DNA of 64,000 nucleotides from Chrysomallon squamiferum (taxonomy: Eukaryota > Animalia > Mollusca), in the NCBI GenBank assembly GCA_012295275.1, contig CM022666.1, positions 4,588,001 to 4,652,000 on the forward strand, given 5' to 3'. The position numbers were made by a program, and so were the translations under genes. The notes below the pieces were generated by a model. The model ran no database searches. It was not told the DNA's origin and saw only the letters and a program-made list of their open reading frames with translations. This document shows positions 26,486 to 41,736 of the stretch, piece after piece; the stretch's first letter is position 1, and every line of letters begins with the position of its first letter.

Positions 26486-26657
26486 AATTGGTTCGAGAGA
26501 CATCAGTTATAACTGTTAATATATAATTTGTTTGAGCTGTGATAGAAAGACAGTACTCAGGGACATGAGTACGTTAAACTACTATTTTATTTTAACTTTA
26601 TCATGAAACGTTTATATTAGGCGTTCTTTCATCTTCCTTTATAGTCTTCAGCGGGGG

Positions 26658-26692
<35 letters not shown>

Positions 26693-27189
26693 GAAAAAGA
26701 AAAGAAAATGGCTGTGATACTATTGTTTTGAATTATTGTAATTTAGTTTTGTTATTACTATTACTTTAATACTTTACTTATTATCATGTTGTACACACAC
26801 ACACACACACAGATACACACACAGACACACACACACACACACACTTTTATTATTTAAAACATTTTTGATACTCTAATTGAATTCTTGCCAGTATTTTAAA
26901 TAACAACGTATTAATACTAATGCAATATTACAGTATTACTAATAGACTGCTATTATTATTATCAATGCAATATCACAGTATTACAATAGACTGTTATTAC
27001 TATTATAAATTCTCAATATTAATTACAGACTGTTGTTATTTTTATGAATGCATTATTATTGCTATAAATAAATATCTTTACTTTCAAAAAAGAAAATGAA
27101 ATGCTAGTCGGATTCTTAACGACGGAATAAGTAGGTTAAGAACTCCATTTGCAATACAACGGATGCAATAATAACACTATATTTTTAAA

Positions 27190-27233
<44 letters not shown>

Positions 27234-28159
27234 TTCTTAAGATTATTTATTTTTCTAACAATAAATATTGAGGAATAAGTCATTGTGGTTAAATTAAATT
27301 ATATAGAAGAAAATTTGAGCTTAACTGATAACAAGATGTAATTTAATCAGTAATGTATTCCCTGTTTTTATTTACCACGTCTTTCCAACGGTCAACAGGT
27401 TTTTCGATGCCTTTGCAATAAATTTCAATCAGTTATGACCCGCAATGCTAGAGGTTTTGTTTGGTCAATTCATTTTATTTATAAAATAATTTATTGTCTC
27501 TTCTTTTTCATTGTTTTGCATCAGGTTTTAATATAGAACTTTTATCTCTGAAGTAAAAATGTATTATTGAAACAGATATAATAATAATAATAATAATCAA
27601 ATATTTGTATTTGTATTTTTCTAATAAAGGTTTACTTCGATTTAATTCATTTTTGTTAGTTTTGTGTTGTATAAACAATGTTGATATATTTATTTTGATG
27701 TATTTATTTTTATAATTATATGTATATATTCCATATATATATATATATAAGAACTTATTCCATGAAAGTATATTTTTTTTTCGTTTTTTTCTTCTTTTTT
27801 TTTTGTTTACTTTATTTTCATCCTTTAACACGTCTGTTTTGTCAGGCTAAGAATAATTTTTGAAGAAAAACAAGACAAAAACAACATTTAAAAGCCTGAT
27901 ATTTTCTTCACGTCATATCATGAAATGAATCGGTGAGGGTTGGGAACACAACTGGCACACCTTCATCAATTTTTTGCAAACAGACACATACAAAAAATTC
28001 ATTTGATATCAATTGTTTTATATTCACAAATACATCTAATTCTCTGAAATATTATGTTCGTATGTGTACAGCAATTTGTTTCCCTAATCAATTAGTTATA
28101 TCAGGAATTTAGTTGTGTCATAACAAAACTTTTGAAAACTAAATATTGTCTTTCACAAT

Positions 28160-28380
28160 CACTTGTTCTCACCTCTCTTCAAGTCAAGTCAAGGGGAGGT
28201 AATCAATGCTGCCAAACAGCGAAAACGTCAAAGCGAAATTCAGTGACAGCGTTCTGTGTGATATTCGGTTTGATGGTTGTGGTTGATATTTTGTTGTTTG
28301 CTCATCGGATGGCCAAGACAATCTCGTTCGCTAAGCTTCTCCTGTACGGGTACCTGAGTGTGTGGATTATAAGGAAACAG
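28160..28380 (+). pseudogene. Single-exon remnant of the membrane-protein gene
   Basis: NSVTAFCVIFGLMVVVDILLFAHRMAKTISFAKLLLYGY, with the same 1-nt deletion as the 13.8-kb copy plus an upstream deletion. A last-exon remnant lies at about 27830-27865. Confidence 0.85.
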
Positions 28381-29786
28381 GTAATTAATTTTTTATTTAT
28401 GGACACTTCAGTGCATATTATTATTAGTAATTAGTGAAAGATATTTAATTTATTGTCAAAGATATGTAAATTAATGTTTTTAATAATAATAATAATAATA
28501 ACAACAACAACAACAACAACAACAACAATATTTACAAAGTACTTCTAATAATAATAGGTTAACATGTAAATAAAATTGGTTAGGTTTTATTTGTTATATT
28601 GTTAAATTATTTTTTATATCAGTTATTTTAATACGTAGTTTGATCATCCTCATTATTACAGCAAATACTGTTATTACTAAAACTAGTACTAATACTATTA
28701 CTACTATTTCTACTGTTACAATTATTATTACTACTACTGTTGCTGTTATTATGACTAGGGCCATTACTATGATTACTATTACTCCTACTACTACTATATA
28801 CCATGTAATTCATATTTCCAGTATTAAAGATTAATAGAGTGCAGTACATACCATGTAATTTATGTATCCAGCATTAAAGATTAATAGAGTGCAGTACATT
28901 CCATGTAATTTATGTATCCAGCATTGAAGATGAATAGACTGCAGTATATACCATGTAATTTATGTATCCAGTATTAAAGATTAATAGACTGCAGTACATA
29001 CCATGTAATTTATATATGCACTATTAAGGATTAATAGAGTGCAGTATATACCATGGAATTTATATATCCAGGAATATAGCATTAAATAATATATAATAAA
29101 ATACAGTACATACCATGTAATTTATATATTCAAAGATATAATATTACAGATTCAGTATTGCAAATAATATGTATTCTGTGTATCATTTTATAAACAAATG
29201 AGGTCCTGTGGTGTAGAGTATAAATGAATACATTAATGTGTATATCCAATGATATAATATACAAAATAATTACAGTACATATCATGTAATTTATAAATCA
29301 AAGGATATAATATTAAAGATTCAGCAGGTACATATACAGTGAATGTTTTTGTATTGTAAATGTTCTGTACACAATAGATTTTCTACTGCAGATATTCTGT
29401 GTACAAAGATATTTTTGTACAGTTAATATTCTAAACATGCACATCTGTGGATGCTATAAATATAATTAATGTTAAATGATAATGAATACTCCATGCATAG
29501 TGGCTTTTTTTGTACAGTGAATTTGTAATGTATGTACTACTGATGGTCTGTGTTCTGTAAATCTGTACAGTGGATGTTCTACAAACAATGAATGTGTTCT
29601 AGAGATTTTCTATGTAAAATGAGTGTGTACTGTATTCAGTGAATAAATATTTACATATTACTAATTTTCTATATAAACTGACTGATGAAAGTTAAATGTG
29701 CACTGATTGGTTTAAAATGAATAATACAAGTTAAGTGTTCTTTATACAGTCTGTACTCATGCACTGAAACGATAAGAGTAATAAAT

Positions 29787-29827
<41 letters not shown>

Positions 29828-31073
29828 AAATCTGAAATTTCTTGTAAAATTTGCATAATAAATAATAGATTTAAGGCATTTTGTTTTATCAGGATAAGAA
29901 TTTTGTTTTTAGAAGTATTTCAGAATCGTAAATATTAGGATTATTAATTATATTATCACTATCATCATACTCATTATTACTTTTTATTATCACTTTCATC
30001 ATCATCATTGTTTCTGTTAGCTGTTATCATTGTTGTTAAATAAAGACTACAGTGATACCTCTGGTCACCTGTTCATAATTTATATTTGCTTTAAAAGTAG
30101 TAAAAATGTCTTGTTGTGCATTTGTCATTTTCTTCTTATTTTTTTCTTTATTTGTTTCTTCGTTTGTTTGTTTCTTTTTTCTTGTAATAACAAGTAAAAT
30201 TAATGAGATCATTTTTCAACTCACTTTTCAGTTCTGCAGCAGTCAGTGACATGATTTAAGTTTTATTTTATAAAGCAAAATTTGTATACGTTATAGACTA
30301 TGTAAAATACTGCTGTTATATAACCATATACATATCACGTACTTATATAGATACATCTATATACGTGCAGTATATAATAGTTAAGCAGTCGTCCTTGACA
30401 CCGACGACAACAATGGTAGGTCACTGGAAAATCTTTTAAAATGCCAGGTGCATTGTCTTTAAAAATAGATCTACCGAGTAATGTTTATAAATAGCTGTTT
30501 CCTGAGTGACTCAGCTGATTCAAAATGCACGGCCCACGTGTTCACTCTGAGACCGGCCTACAATGACGTCGCTGTCTGTGAAATGTACACGAAAATTGAG
30601 ATTGATATCGGATTCACTACCAACTTCATTGACGTGATTACTATTGTCTCTAGTCCATAGAAATACGTCGAACAACAGACACAATTTTTAAAAATAAATA
30701 AATAAAAATAAGTAGTTTTTCCCTGTCATGGAATAATCCAATTTTTATAACTGTGCTCCTCCATGGATCTTGTGTAGATATATACTGTAGTGTATAGCTG
30801 AAGTGTATTAGGACATTTAAAATTAGATAATGTAGATATTCTACATTAAATTCTTTATAATTTATTTGGTGGCTAGACTACTGTAGAGTAATTAAATAAA
30901 AAATAACAAACTACCTGGTTAATAGTCAGTTGTTAAGTTTTTCCTTCTTTGTTTCTGTTCATGCACGTACATCACATGTACTTGACGTAGTCTAGTTTCT
31001 ATCATAAAAACAACTCAGGGCAAACTGAACAAAGCAATATTCTTAAAATACATCACTCTGTGTGTGTGTGTGT

Positions 31074-31113
<40 letters not shown>

Positions 31114-33525
31114 CTTATTTGTATTTTTTTGTTTGGTTGTTGTTCTTTCATTCTTGTTGTTGTTGTTTGTTTCTTATTGTTGTTTTGTTTTGAATTTCAT
31201 GTTTTGTTTTTCTTGTTTATTTGTTTTTTCCGGCTCACCTGTGCTCTGATTACATCAACAATTAACAGCAAAGTACTAACCTGACATAATAGTATGTACG
31301 TGTGTATAAGATGACAGTGTAGAGATTCCAAAAGTCACGTTTACCTAACAATTCCTTTTACCCAGAGACGTGAATAACTTTACACATTAACATTTTCATT
31401 TATAGACTTCCATTTTATTGCGTCATTGACTGAACTGCACGGTAGTGTCTGTTCTAGTCACAGCAAGGATTCATGAACCTTTCGTATCTGTTGTTACAAT
31501 GACACTGACATACTGATTGCGTCAATATTCTTTTGTCCTATGATCTTTTTGACAACACTTCTGTTTATAAGTTTTTCCATGGGATTGGTAGTGGAGGGCT
31601 TCTAGCGCATTCGTGAATGTCAAAATGTTCGTTGGGAAAAATCTCAGCATGTGATAGTAGTATTATATCAATTAGTAAAATTTATCGAACACGTGAACAG
31701 AAGCAACTCTATACATTAAAGGCAACAATATCAACAACCACAACATCAGATTTATTTATTTATAACAATGATAATGCATTCGAACTTTCTCGATCTGTCT
31801 ATTAGTAATATGGTTGACATAACTTTATCAACTTAATAACAGAATATACTTGAGATTATAAATAAATATTTTTATTTAATTTAATTTTATAAAATGTATG
31901 TAATATATGTTTATGTGTCTATGCAGTGTCGACAGCTCCAATGAAGGAAGGAACAAAACTTTCTTGCTGTCTTCGTGCTAAAGAATAATATGCTAAAATG
32001 ATCTGTGAGTATTCAAAGCCTGACAAACATAAAAACAAAAATCCCTTCACTGGTAATATCGATGAATTGAGCGAACATCTGCTACAAACTTTATTTATTT
32101 ATTTAACTATTTAATTATTTGTTTATTTGTTTGTTTGTTTGATTATTTTTATTTGTTTAATTCTTTTCATTTTTTTTTTTTCTGATAATTAATTTATTTA
32201 TTTCACTTTATTTTTATCACTTTTTATTTATTTTCCGGTATATTACTTTATTTATTTATTTATTTAACTAAACAATTAATATTTCATAATTCTTGGTGTT
32301 TTAAACTGAATTTTAATTTTTCTATATTTTTCGTTTTATAAAATAGAATGTATAATGTATAATCTCTATTTATATGGACCAAAATAACTAACTAGCAACA
32401 ACAACAACAACAATAATAAATAGACGAATAAATAAATAAATAAATATATAAATAAATAAATACATAATTAAATAAATAAATAGTAATAATAATAATAACA
32501 TTAATTAATTAATTACTTAATTAATTATAATAAAGGTTATAACAACGGTTATTATAATAGTTTCAAGCGTAAGGTGGTGAATCTAAGCTGCTCAACTTCA
32601 ACAGAATAGAGTTGAGATAATAATAAACATTTTTATTCAATTGAACACTTTTTTATATTTGTAAATTGTATGTAATGTTGTGTGTATGTGTATATACAGT
32701 ATCACAGATTTTCAGGGAGTCAACAGCTCCAATGTAGGAAGCAACCAAATGTTCTTTGTATCTTCGTAGTAAAGAATGAAAAGCTAAAATGATCTGTAAG
32801 TATTCAAAGCCTGACAAACATAAAAAAATCCCTTCACTGGTAATATCTATTAAACAAAAGTATGAATACATGCAAAATCTAATAAGAAAGCATATATATA
32901 TGTATATATACACTAGGACACAACAAACACAAGACACATTTAAGACTGTATTCAATATAGCAGTAAAGAATAATATAGATGGATAGAATGACTGTAATCG
33001 GTCACAACAATCACGTAAGGATTAATACAGAAGAGCAAACATCTACATATCTAGTTACACAGTGCGTTCAGTGGACAGCGACCGTTATCAGGAATTGTTC
33101 CACAGTTCTTCTCTATCAAACAAGAAACAAAACAAAACAAAAATATCTCGGTTCTTTTATTAAAAAGGGACTCACGTTATTTGTCAACGTGTTCCCGAGC
33201 AGTGTTTATAAATAGCTGTTTGCCAAGTGACGCAGCTGATACAAAATCAACGGCCCACTTGCTTACACTACAAAACCACACAAATATTATCTGATTTCGC
33301 GCATGTCTTGTTAATGTGAGTACGCACGGACTCTTGAAAGCTCATGTTGGTAAACAGACCTGACAAATGTACACGTTGATATCTTATTTCACTAACTGCT
33401 TCATTCACAGTAATGACCTACAATGACCTCGCTGTATGGGTATGGGTCGGCACCGCTTCGTCAGCCACCAGTTATTACATTAACTTGACACTCCTCCAAA
33501 TCTCACGAAAAGGTTCCCAGTGTAT

Positions 33526-33853
<328 letters not shown>

Positions 33854-33884
33854 GGTTTTATTTATTATTTTACTTTTATTTTTT

Positions 33885-34020
33885 GAAAGAATGTTATTTA
33901 TGTGTGTGTCTTTATCTTGGTATTAATAACATTTTTATCATGTTTGACACAGACTGTATCTAAAGGAAAATGAAATACTAAACTTGATACTCATCTGTTT
34001 TATAAATACATTAAATGCAT
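33885..34020 (+). pseudogene. Deleted remnant of the TNF first coding exon and its acceptor region
   Basis: tttatcttggtatt..tcatgtttgacacagact..aaggaaaatg..tactaaacttgatactcatc matches 24340-24500. Confidence 0.65.
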
Positions 34021-34129
34021 CAAAAGAAAAAAAAAGTTTTAGGGTGAGAATACTTATAGATGAATACCTTCTTTTATAATTATTTACATTCATTACATTC
34101 GCTACATAGATTATTTCGATATTTGTCAT

Positions 34130-34812
34130 ATTTGCGTACTTTATACGATAAACGATATCGATACTATAATAATATCTCACATTAAAGATGTAATTGGTTC
34201 CAAATTTCCGATAGTTAAGTGAGGTATCGTTAAGCGGGAGATTAATTTACACAGAATTAAGGTTAAAAGCGGTGGTTACTTTCTCGCTGATGAGATCTGA
34301 CATAAAAATGGGTGAAATAAGGAGAAATAAAACGGCAGTTTAGACATAAATGATTTGATAGATTATAGATATTAAGTAAACAGTAAATCATTTACAAATC
34401 AATTTATTCAAATACATTAATGAATCATTGTGGGTTGATTTTTGTGCGTTTGGTTTCATTTAAGATAATGCATTTTGTTTCTAAAGTTATTGTTTTCCGT
34501 TTCTTTTTATCATCAGCATTCGCCGATATACTGTTTTTCGTTTTGACATATTGGAAGGGTAAATTACAAACGAGTCTAAATCGAAGCAGAATAGAAAAGA
34601 GAATCAGAATATCAGATGCACGTATGACGTGTCAACTGATCAACACAGCTGAGAGAAGCTCGTGAATAAACGAAAAACGAACGAAACGTACATTGTATAC
34701 ATTTGTATCATTTATTTCGAGCAATTAACTATTAAATTAAATTTCTGTTTATATAATTTGTAAAGAAAAAAGATCGTTAAAGCGGGATATCATTAAACGA
34801 GATGTTACTGTA
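34130..34812. mobile_element. Possible non-autonomous pogo/Tigger-like DNA transposon remnant
   Basis: Ends in ..cgttaaagcgggatatcattaaacgagatgttactgta, which resembles pogo-type ACTG+TA termini; internal repeats of tatcgttaagcggg. Left TIR not found. Confidence 0.3.
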
Positions 34813-36759
34813 ATTATACAATAATAATCGCTTTCCAAATAATCTGGAACAGTTCATTCTAATGACTGAGGTAAAAACATGCATTTAGCCTTTCGACCAA
34901 CTGGGAATTCTGCCAGATGGGACTAAGCCGTATTTTCTATCGCTATCATTATACTTATATGACAAGGCGAGATTTATATAAATATATATAACGTATGAAA
35001 TAAGTGAAATTATAATTTTATATAACGTATGAAATAAGTAAAATATTTACATACTGACCTGTGAGAGATAAAATAATCAACTGGCGTCATAGATTTTTAT
35101 ACAGAGTCTTTGAACAGAAAGCATCACATTCTTATGATGACATCTGCTTTGTTTGAATTTCCTTTTTTTTGTTTCTTTCTGTTATATTTATTTATTTGCT
35201 GTGGGTTTCGTAGTTAATGTGTAGTCATTTAACATACTATGAAGAAAATTAGCAAAGGTATTTAATTTTTAATTTTTTGTGTTTTTTAATAGTAGTTGTA
35301 GTAGTAGTAGTAGTAGTAATGGTAGTTGTTGTTGTTATCTTTATTACGATTGCTTTTGTCATTATTGTTAAATAAAGAGTATTGCTGACTTCTATTCCTG
35401 TGTTAAGTAAGCGACACAAAATAACAATACTATGAAATGATATAGTCTGAGTATCACGTGGTAGAATTTTACAGCCAGGATTTGTCATCTTACACATAAT
35501 CGGAATAAATTAATGTAGTCATCCTGGAACAAATCCAGGGTAACGGTCGATGTCCACTGAACGCACTGTGTAACTAGATATGTAGATGTTTGCTCTTCTG
35601 TATTAACCCTTACGTGATTGTTGTGACCGATTACAATCATTCTATCCATCTATATTATTCTTTACTGCTTTACTGAATGTTCAGACTTCTCAAGTTCGCC
35701 AATTTTGACAAAATGTAACGCTCTGCATTCTAATGACCATACGTTAAAGAATGTAGCTCACCATTCTTGTTGAAATGAGTATTATTAAAAAAACACTTTG
35801 ACAAGGATTCTTAAAATACTACTGGTAATTAAACATGAATGTTATGGGTTTTATGCATGTACGCTTTCACACACACAAATACATATTAATATGAAATAAC
35901 TGAATATTTCAGGATTTACATGTAAAGACTGGTTTCACAAACTGACCAGAAATATATATAAATATGTGATGCGTGTATTATGTATGAATATTGTTAGGAT
36001 TTGTAAATAGTGTTGCATTTTCTTATAGTTTTACTTTTTTAGATGAAGCTTGACGTGTTTCCTCACTGAATACAGAACACAATGGATTTTTGTTGCCACA
36101 GTTTTTTCTTATTAGATTATTCATGTGTTCACACTTTTGTTTAATAGATGTTACTTGTAAGGGGATTTCTTTGATGTTTGTCAAGCTTTGAATCCTACTG
36201 TTGTTGTTGTTGTTGTCGATATTATTATTATTAATAATTTATTTGTTTATTTATTGGTATTGTTGTTGTTGTTGTTGCTATTTATTCAATTAATTAATGT
36301 ATTTATTTTATTTATATGGAGATTATATTTATTTCATATTTATTTTATACACAGATAATATTTTTTCAATTAATTTTGTTAAATAATGTTTACTGTACTC
36401 GGTAACACACACATTCTTTGGACAGTTGCCAGTATTTCAAATAACAACATATTTAAATGATGATGTTGGCTTATTTTTGTCACGTTAACGTTTTCCCAGA
36501 ATTAATAATCAGTACTCTCTTTTTCTCCGGGAACTCGACTTTCAGAAAAGTATTGTTATAAATAAATAAATATGTTGTTGTTGTTGTTGTTGTTGTAGTT
36601 ACTGTTGTTCAAAATTCAATAAGGGTGTAATTTACAAATCAAAGGATGTAATATTAAAGATTCAGCTTAGCAAATACCATGTGTATGATATTATAAAACT
36701 GACATCCTGTGATGTATAATATACAATGTATCTGAAAATATATAATTTTTTGATTTACA

Positions 36760-36786
36760 AAACGGATTCATAGACTTCCAAGCTGA

Positions 36787-36828
<42 letters not shown>

Positions 36829-37100
36829 TTATTTATTTATTTGGTTTCTGATCATTATAGTTACTTTAGTGTTATCATTATGAGTTAAATTATTGATTTG
36901 TTAAATTAGTCACACACACACACATACAAAAACACACACAGGCACACACATACACATATTATATTTGAACTAATCTTAACCCATGCAATTAATTCAGTTT
37001 TTTACTCTGTTTCGTTTTTTCATCTTTTAACAGATCTGGTTTTATCTGGCTAAGAATAATTTTTAAAACCAGAGAGGATCAAACAGTGAAAGATACATGA
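36760..37100 (+). pseudogene. Remnant of the membrane-protein gene (start of the large exon, and the last exon with a premature TAA)
   Basis: aacggattcatagacttccaagctgaaat at about 36761 and cag|atctggttttatctggctaagaataattttttaa at about 37033. Confidence 0.75.
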
Positions 37101-38862
37101 AAAGAAATTAATTAAAAACCTAACAAAATTATATTCTGATATGTGTGTATAATTTGTATATTTTATAGACAGTATGTTAAATATTGCTGTTATATAACCA
37201 TGTACATATCATATACTTATATAGATACGCCTACATACGTGCACATCCACACACACACACACATGTATCATGATTAAGTTTCAATAGTTATGCTGTCGTC
37301 CTGCCCGATACATTTTAAAAGTAATTGTACCCGAGCAGTGTTTATAAATAGTTATTTTCTTAGCTGCGCGGGTAATACAAAATACCCGGCCCACGTGTTC
37401 AAGACATTCACTGATTTCAGGCTGGGAAATGTGTATCTCACGCTTGATTGCACCGATATCTTATTTCACAGTCTGTTTTAATCACGTGATCACTGTTATC
37501 TCTAGCCAATATAAGCATGTTGAACAACTGAAACATTTTAAAAAGAAATGATAAAAAATAAAAATAGTTTTTCTGTCAGAGAGTAATCATAGATAATGTA
37601 GATATTCTACATTAAATTCTTTATAATTTGTTTAGGTTTAGACTGTTGAATAGTGACTAGTTAATAGTCAGTTGTTAAGTTTTTCCTTCTTTGTTTCTGT
37701 TCATGCACGTACATCACATGTACTTGACGTAGTCTACTTTCTGTCATAAAAACAACTCACGGGAAACTGAACAAAGCAATATTCTTAAAATGCATCACTG
37801 TGTGTGTGTGTGTGTGTGTGTGTGTCTCTGTGTGTGTGTGTGTGTGTGTGTTAGTTGTATTTTTTTTCTTTGTTGTTTGTTGTTCTTTCTTTCTTCTTGT
37901 TGTTGTTTCTTTCTTATTGTTGTTTTGTTTTGAATTTCATTTTTTGTTTTTCTTTTTTGGTTTTTTTTGTTGTTTTTTTCCGGCTTGCCTCTGCTCTGAT
38001 TAGATCAAGAATTAACTGCAAAGTACTAACCTTACATTATAGTATGTACGTGTGTATCAAATAACATTGTAGATATTCCAAAAGTCATGTTTTTGACAAC
38101 ACTTCTGTTTATAGGTTTTTCCATGGGATTGGCAGTGGATGATTTCTAGCGTATTCGCGAATGTCAAAAAGTTCGTAGGTTAAAAATCTCAGCATGTGAT
38201 AGTAGTATTATATCAATTAGTAAAATGTATCAAACACGTGAACAGAAGTAACGCTTTACATTAAAATCCCTTGTAATATCTATTAAACAAAAGTCTGAAC
38301 ACATGCATAATCTAATAAGAAAGCATATATATGTATACATCCTTTATTGTACACTAGAACACAACAGACACAATACACTTAAAACTGTATTCAGTATAGA
38401 AGTAAAGAATAATATAGATGGATAGAATTATTATAATAGGTTACAACAATCACGTAAGGATTAACACAGAAGAGCAAACATCTACATAACTAGTTACAAT
38501 GGAGAGCGATCGTTCCGCGCGAATTGTTCGACAGTTCTTCCCTCACAAAACCAAACATAAAAATATCTGTGATCTCTGATGAAAAAGGGATTTGCGATAT
38601 TTGCCAACGTGTTTTCGACCTTGCAGTTTGACGTGTGTCGCCAGATCTTTCCGTTACACCTAGCACTCCGAGCTGGTAATTAATCCCGAAAAAAAGTCAC
38701 AGGAAAAAAAATCACAATTTTTTATTATGAAATATATTAATAATGAAAGATAGATTAAACACATTTTGTCAGAGTATTTTGTTAATGTTTTATTTTATTT
38801 TAATGTTGATGGTTTTTAATGTTGATATTCCACCCGATATCACGAAGAAATTCTGCCGCAGC

Positions 38863-38922
38863 ATACACGAACCCTTCATAACAGATTTTGATACCACCCT
38901 TATTGGTATGAATAACTTCCAT
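38863..38922 (-). mobile_element. FLYWCH-like N-terminal fragment, probably a MULE transposase remnant; copies at 55588-55647 (+) and degenerate at about 51420-51470 (+)
   Basis: MEVIHTNKGGIKICYEGFVY matches the start of FLYWCH zinc fingers (S.KGG.KL..EGF.Y). Similarity stops after about 20 aa. Confidence 0.55.
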
Positions 38923-39322
38923 ATTAAACATACTTCTGATACTAGAGCAAGCTGGAGAATATATAGTAGAACACATTCTAACATGGAACATTTTATAAAT
39001 CATTTACAATAGGAAGCCCTTAGTTTAAATCTATTCTAATCAGTAAGCTGGACCCAAGCATCAACCCTGCACAATATGAAGACTCTTTCTTTAATCCTGC
39101 CTAATTAATAAGTGTAACAATTCACCAACCCTGCACAGTATGAAACCTCTTTCTTTAATCTAACCTAACTGACCTAATCAGTAAGCTTAACAATTACCCC
39201 ATGTAGACTATGATGTCACATTCAATACTCTATAAATTCATACATTTTTTTTAATATACAAATTGTTACTTTTTTCCAGCCACTGAATCGGTTTATTCCC
39301 GATTCTGGCAGTGTGATTTCTT

Positions 39323-39370
<48 letters not shown>

Positions 39371-39946
39371 TATTCATTTATTTATTTTTTTATTCGGCCG
39401 ACTGAATCAACAGTCATGATACAAGTAACGTTTACAAGTGGAAGATTCTTCTGTCACAGGGAGATATTTTTGAGACATTTTATATTCCTGGCCCTGTAGT
39501 AATAAATGGATGATTACAGATATTTATTCTGATTACGTGTAAGATGACAAATCCGAGCTGGAACTTTCCACTGTGTGATACACAGACTACATGTTTTCCT
39601 TTTGTTGTTTATGGTTTAGTTGACACAGGACTAGAAATTACGCTGTACTCTTTATTTAACAATAACGACAAAAGCAGCCGCAACAACAACAACAACTACT
39701 ACTACTACCACAACTACAACAACAACTACTGCTATTACAACAACAATTATAGCAATAACAACTATAATATGTAGCTTATTTATGAACAATACAAACAGAC
39801 AAAAAAAAATACATATAATAACTTTGCTCATACATATTCATAGTATATTAAATGACTATACGAAATCTATAGCGAAAAATTAAAAACGACAGAAGAAAAA
39901 ACATTAAGTAATAAACTTAAATAAAGCAGACGACATTTCCTCTTAG

Positions 39947-40093
39947 CCAATCAAAAATGATCAAGTGAGCTGGCATAGAGAATATGATAAGATCTTTTCA
40001 AAGTCGCTGGTATAAAAATCAACGAAGCCTGTCAAAGAGCGTAGACGTGCTTCACTCCTTTATGAACACAGACTGAGCCTAATTTAGGTAAGT
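39947..40093 (+). promoter_or_regulatory. Putative core promoter and non-coding first exon of TNF copy 3
   Basis: CCAAT 39947-39951, TATAAAA 40011-40017, donor ag|gtaagt at 40087/40088, acceptor at 41701. kB-like GGAACTTTCC at 39560-39569. Confidence 0.7.
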
Positions 40094-41736
40094 AAATGTT
40101 TTACTTATTTCATAGGTTATATTTATTTATATAAAATTATAATTTCACTTATTTCATAGGTAATATATATTTATATAAAATTATAATTTCATTTATTTCA
40201 TTGATTATAAATATTTATATAAAATGATTATTTCACTTATTTCATAGGTTATATATATTTATATAAAATTATAATTTCACTATACTGTTTAGGATTTATG
40301 CACGTCCTAATTTCATGTGTATAATATAATATTAAGTGATATTACACCGACCTGTAATATTAAGTGATATTACATCTAAAATGCAAAATGCATGTGCAAC
40401 CTTAATTTTCCAGTTCACTTTGCTGTATAGGATTTTTCCGCGCCCTAGTTTCACTTGTATAATATTAAGTGATATTACATCAACTTGAAAAAAACAATAC
40501 ATCGCGGTAAGGTCGATAAGTTTCTAGCACATGCGCTGACAGGTAAGAATAATAACAGCCACAGAAAATCACGCTGCGATCTATAAACAATAACGTTCAC
40601 GGTAGTTTGAATTTCTGGCACTGAGAGGAAACCAGCCCTGGACGTGATCTTTCGAGGACGATACAATATCAGCAAACAGAGCGGATATGTAGAATGAGGA
40701 CCTGGCAAGCTTTGACAGGTTTTGTCTGCCTTTGCACTAAACCAACTAGCCAAGGTTTTAGGAACGGATAAACAGAACATTATCTCAGCTATTTTTTTTT
40801 TTTTTCATCCGGCTAAACATTTTTACAGAAGTGTTTCAAGAACCAGACGATATACCTAATTTTATATTTGTGACCGTACTCGTATAACCGTACTCGTATC
40901 ATTAATCACAATTACGTAAACGTATGTTTCATGATTGTTTAATGTATTATTATCAAGTCACCTGTATATCATAATTAAATAATTAACGTGAACCTTAACT
41001 ACTGTTGTGTTTATTTCTCTAGTGAATAGATAGACTTATCGGTTTATAGAGATTGCTGTCAATTTAGCGTTTATATTCTTTGTTAGGTGGCCAGTAAAAC
41101 ACATTGTTACCCTAGACTGAGTCATAATAAAACATACAAGGTGTTTAAAGATGTGAGCCACGTGACAGAAACATAAAAGTTGGGGCTCTCGTCCGGGATT
41201 TTTCAAATAATTAATTTTGGGTTCGTTTTCTAAAATTCTTATGGAATTATTTATTTAGATGTATGGAGTATTTTCTCAGTTTAATGACAGCTAATTTATG
41301 TTTATATCCACTTGAGAAAACACAACACAACAAAATAATAACGATATTAAAATAAATAAGTCAAAACGGAGAAATTATTATGGATTAAGATACATTGAAC
41401 AATCCTAGTGTAACGTTTATCAAAAGAGCCAAGAGGGCTGAGCTACTAGAATTGTAAATATTCATAACAAACATTTCAGCTGCCCAGTCAAACAAGACAG
41501 AGCAAACCAGAGACATTTTAACAGAGGCTTTGTTTGGCGATTCTGTAGATAACGAGAGTGGGGGGAGTAACTCCGAGTGTGGCAGAATCAGTATAGGTGT
41601 GTGCATATTGAGACTGTGTACGTGTGAGTGTGTGTGTGTATTTATCTTGGTATTATTTATTACTAATAACATTCTTTTCTTCTTTTCGTCATGTTTTACA
41701 GACTACTTCTGAAGGAAATAAAAGTTGTTACACAAA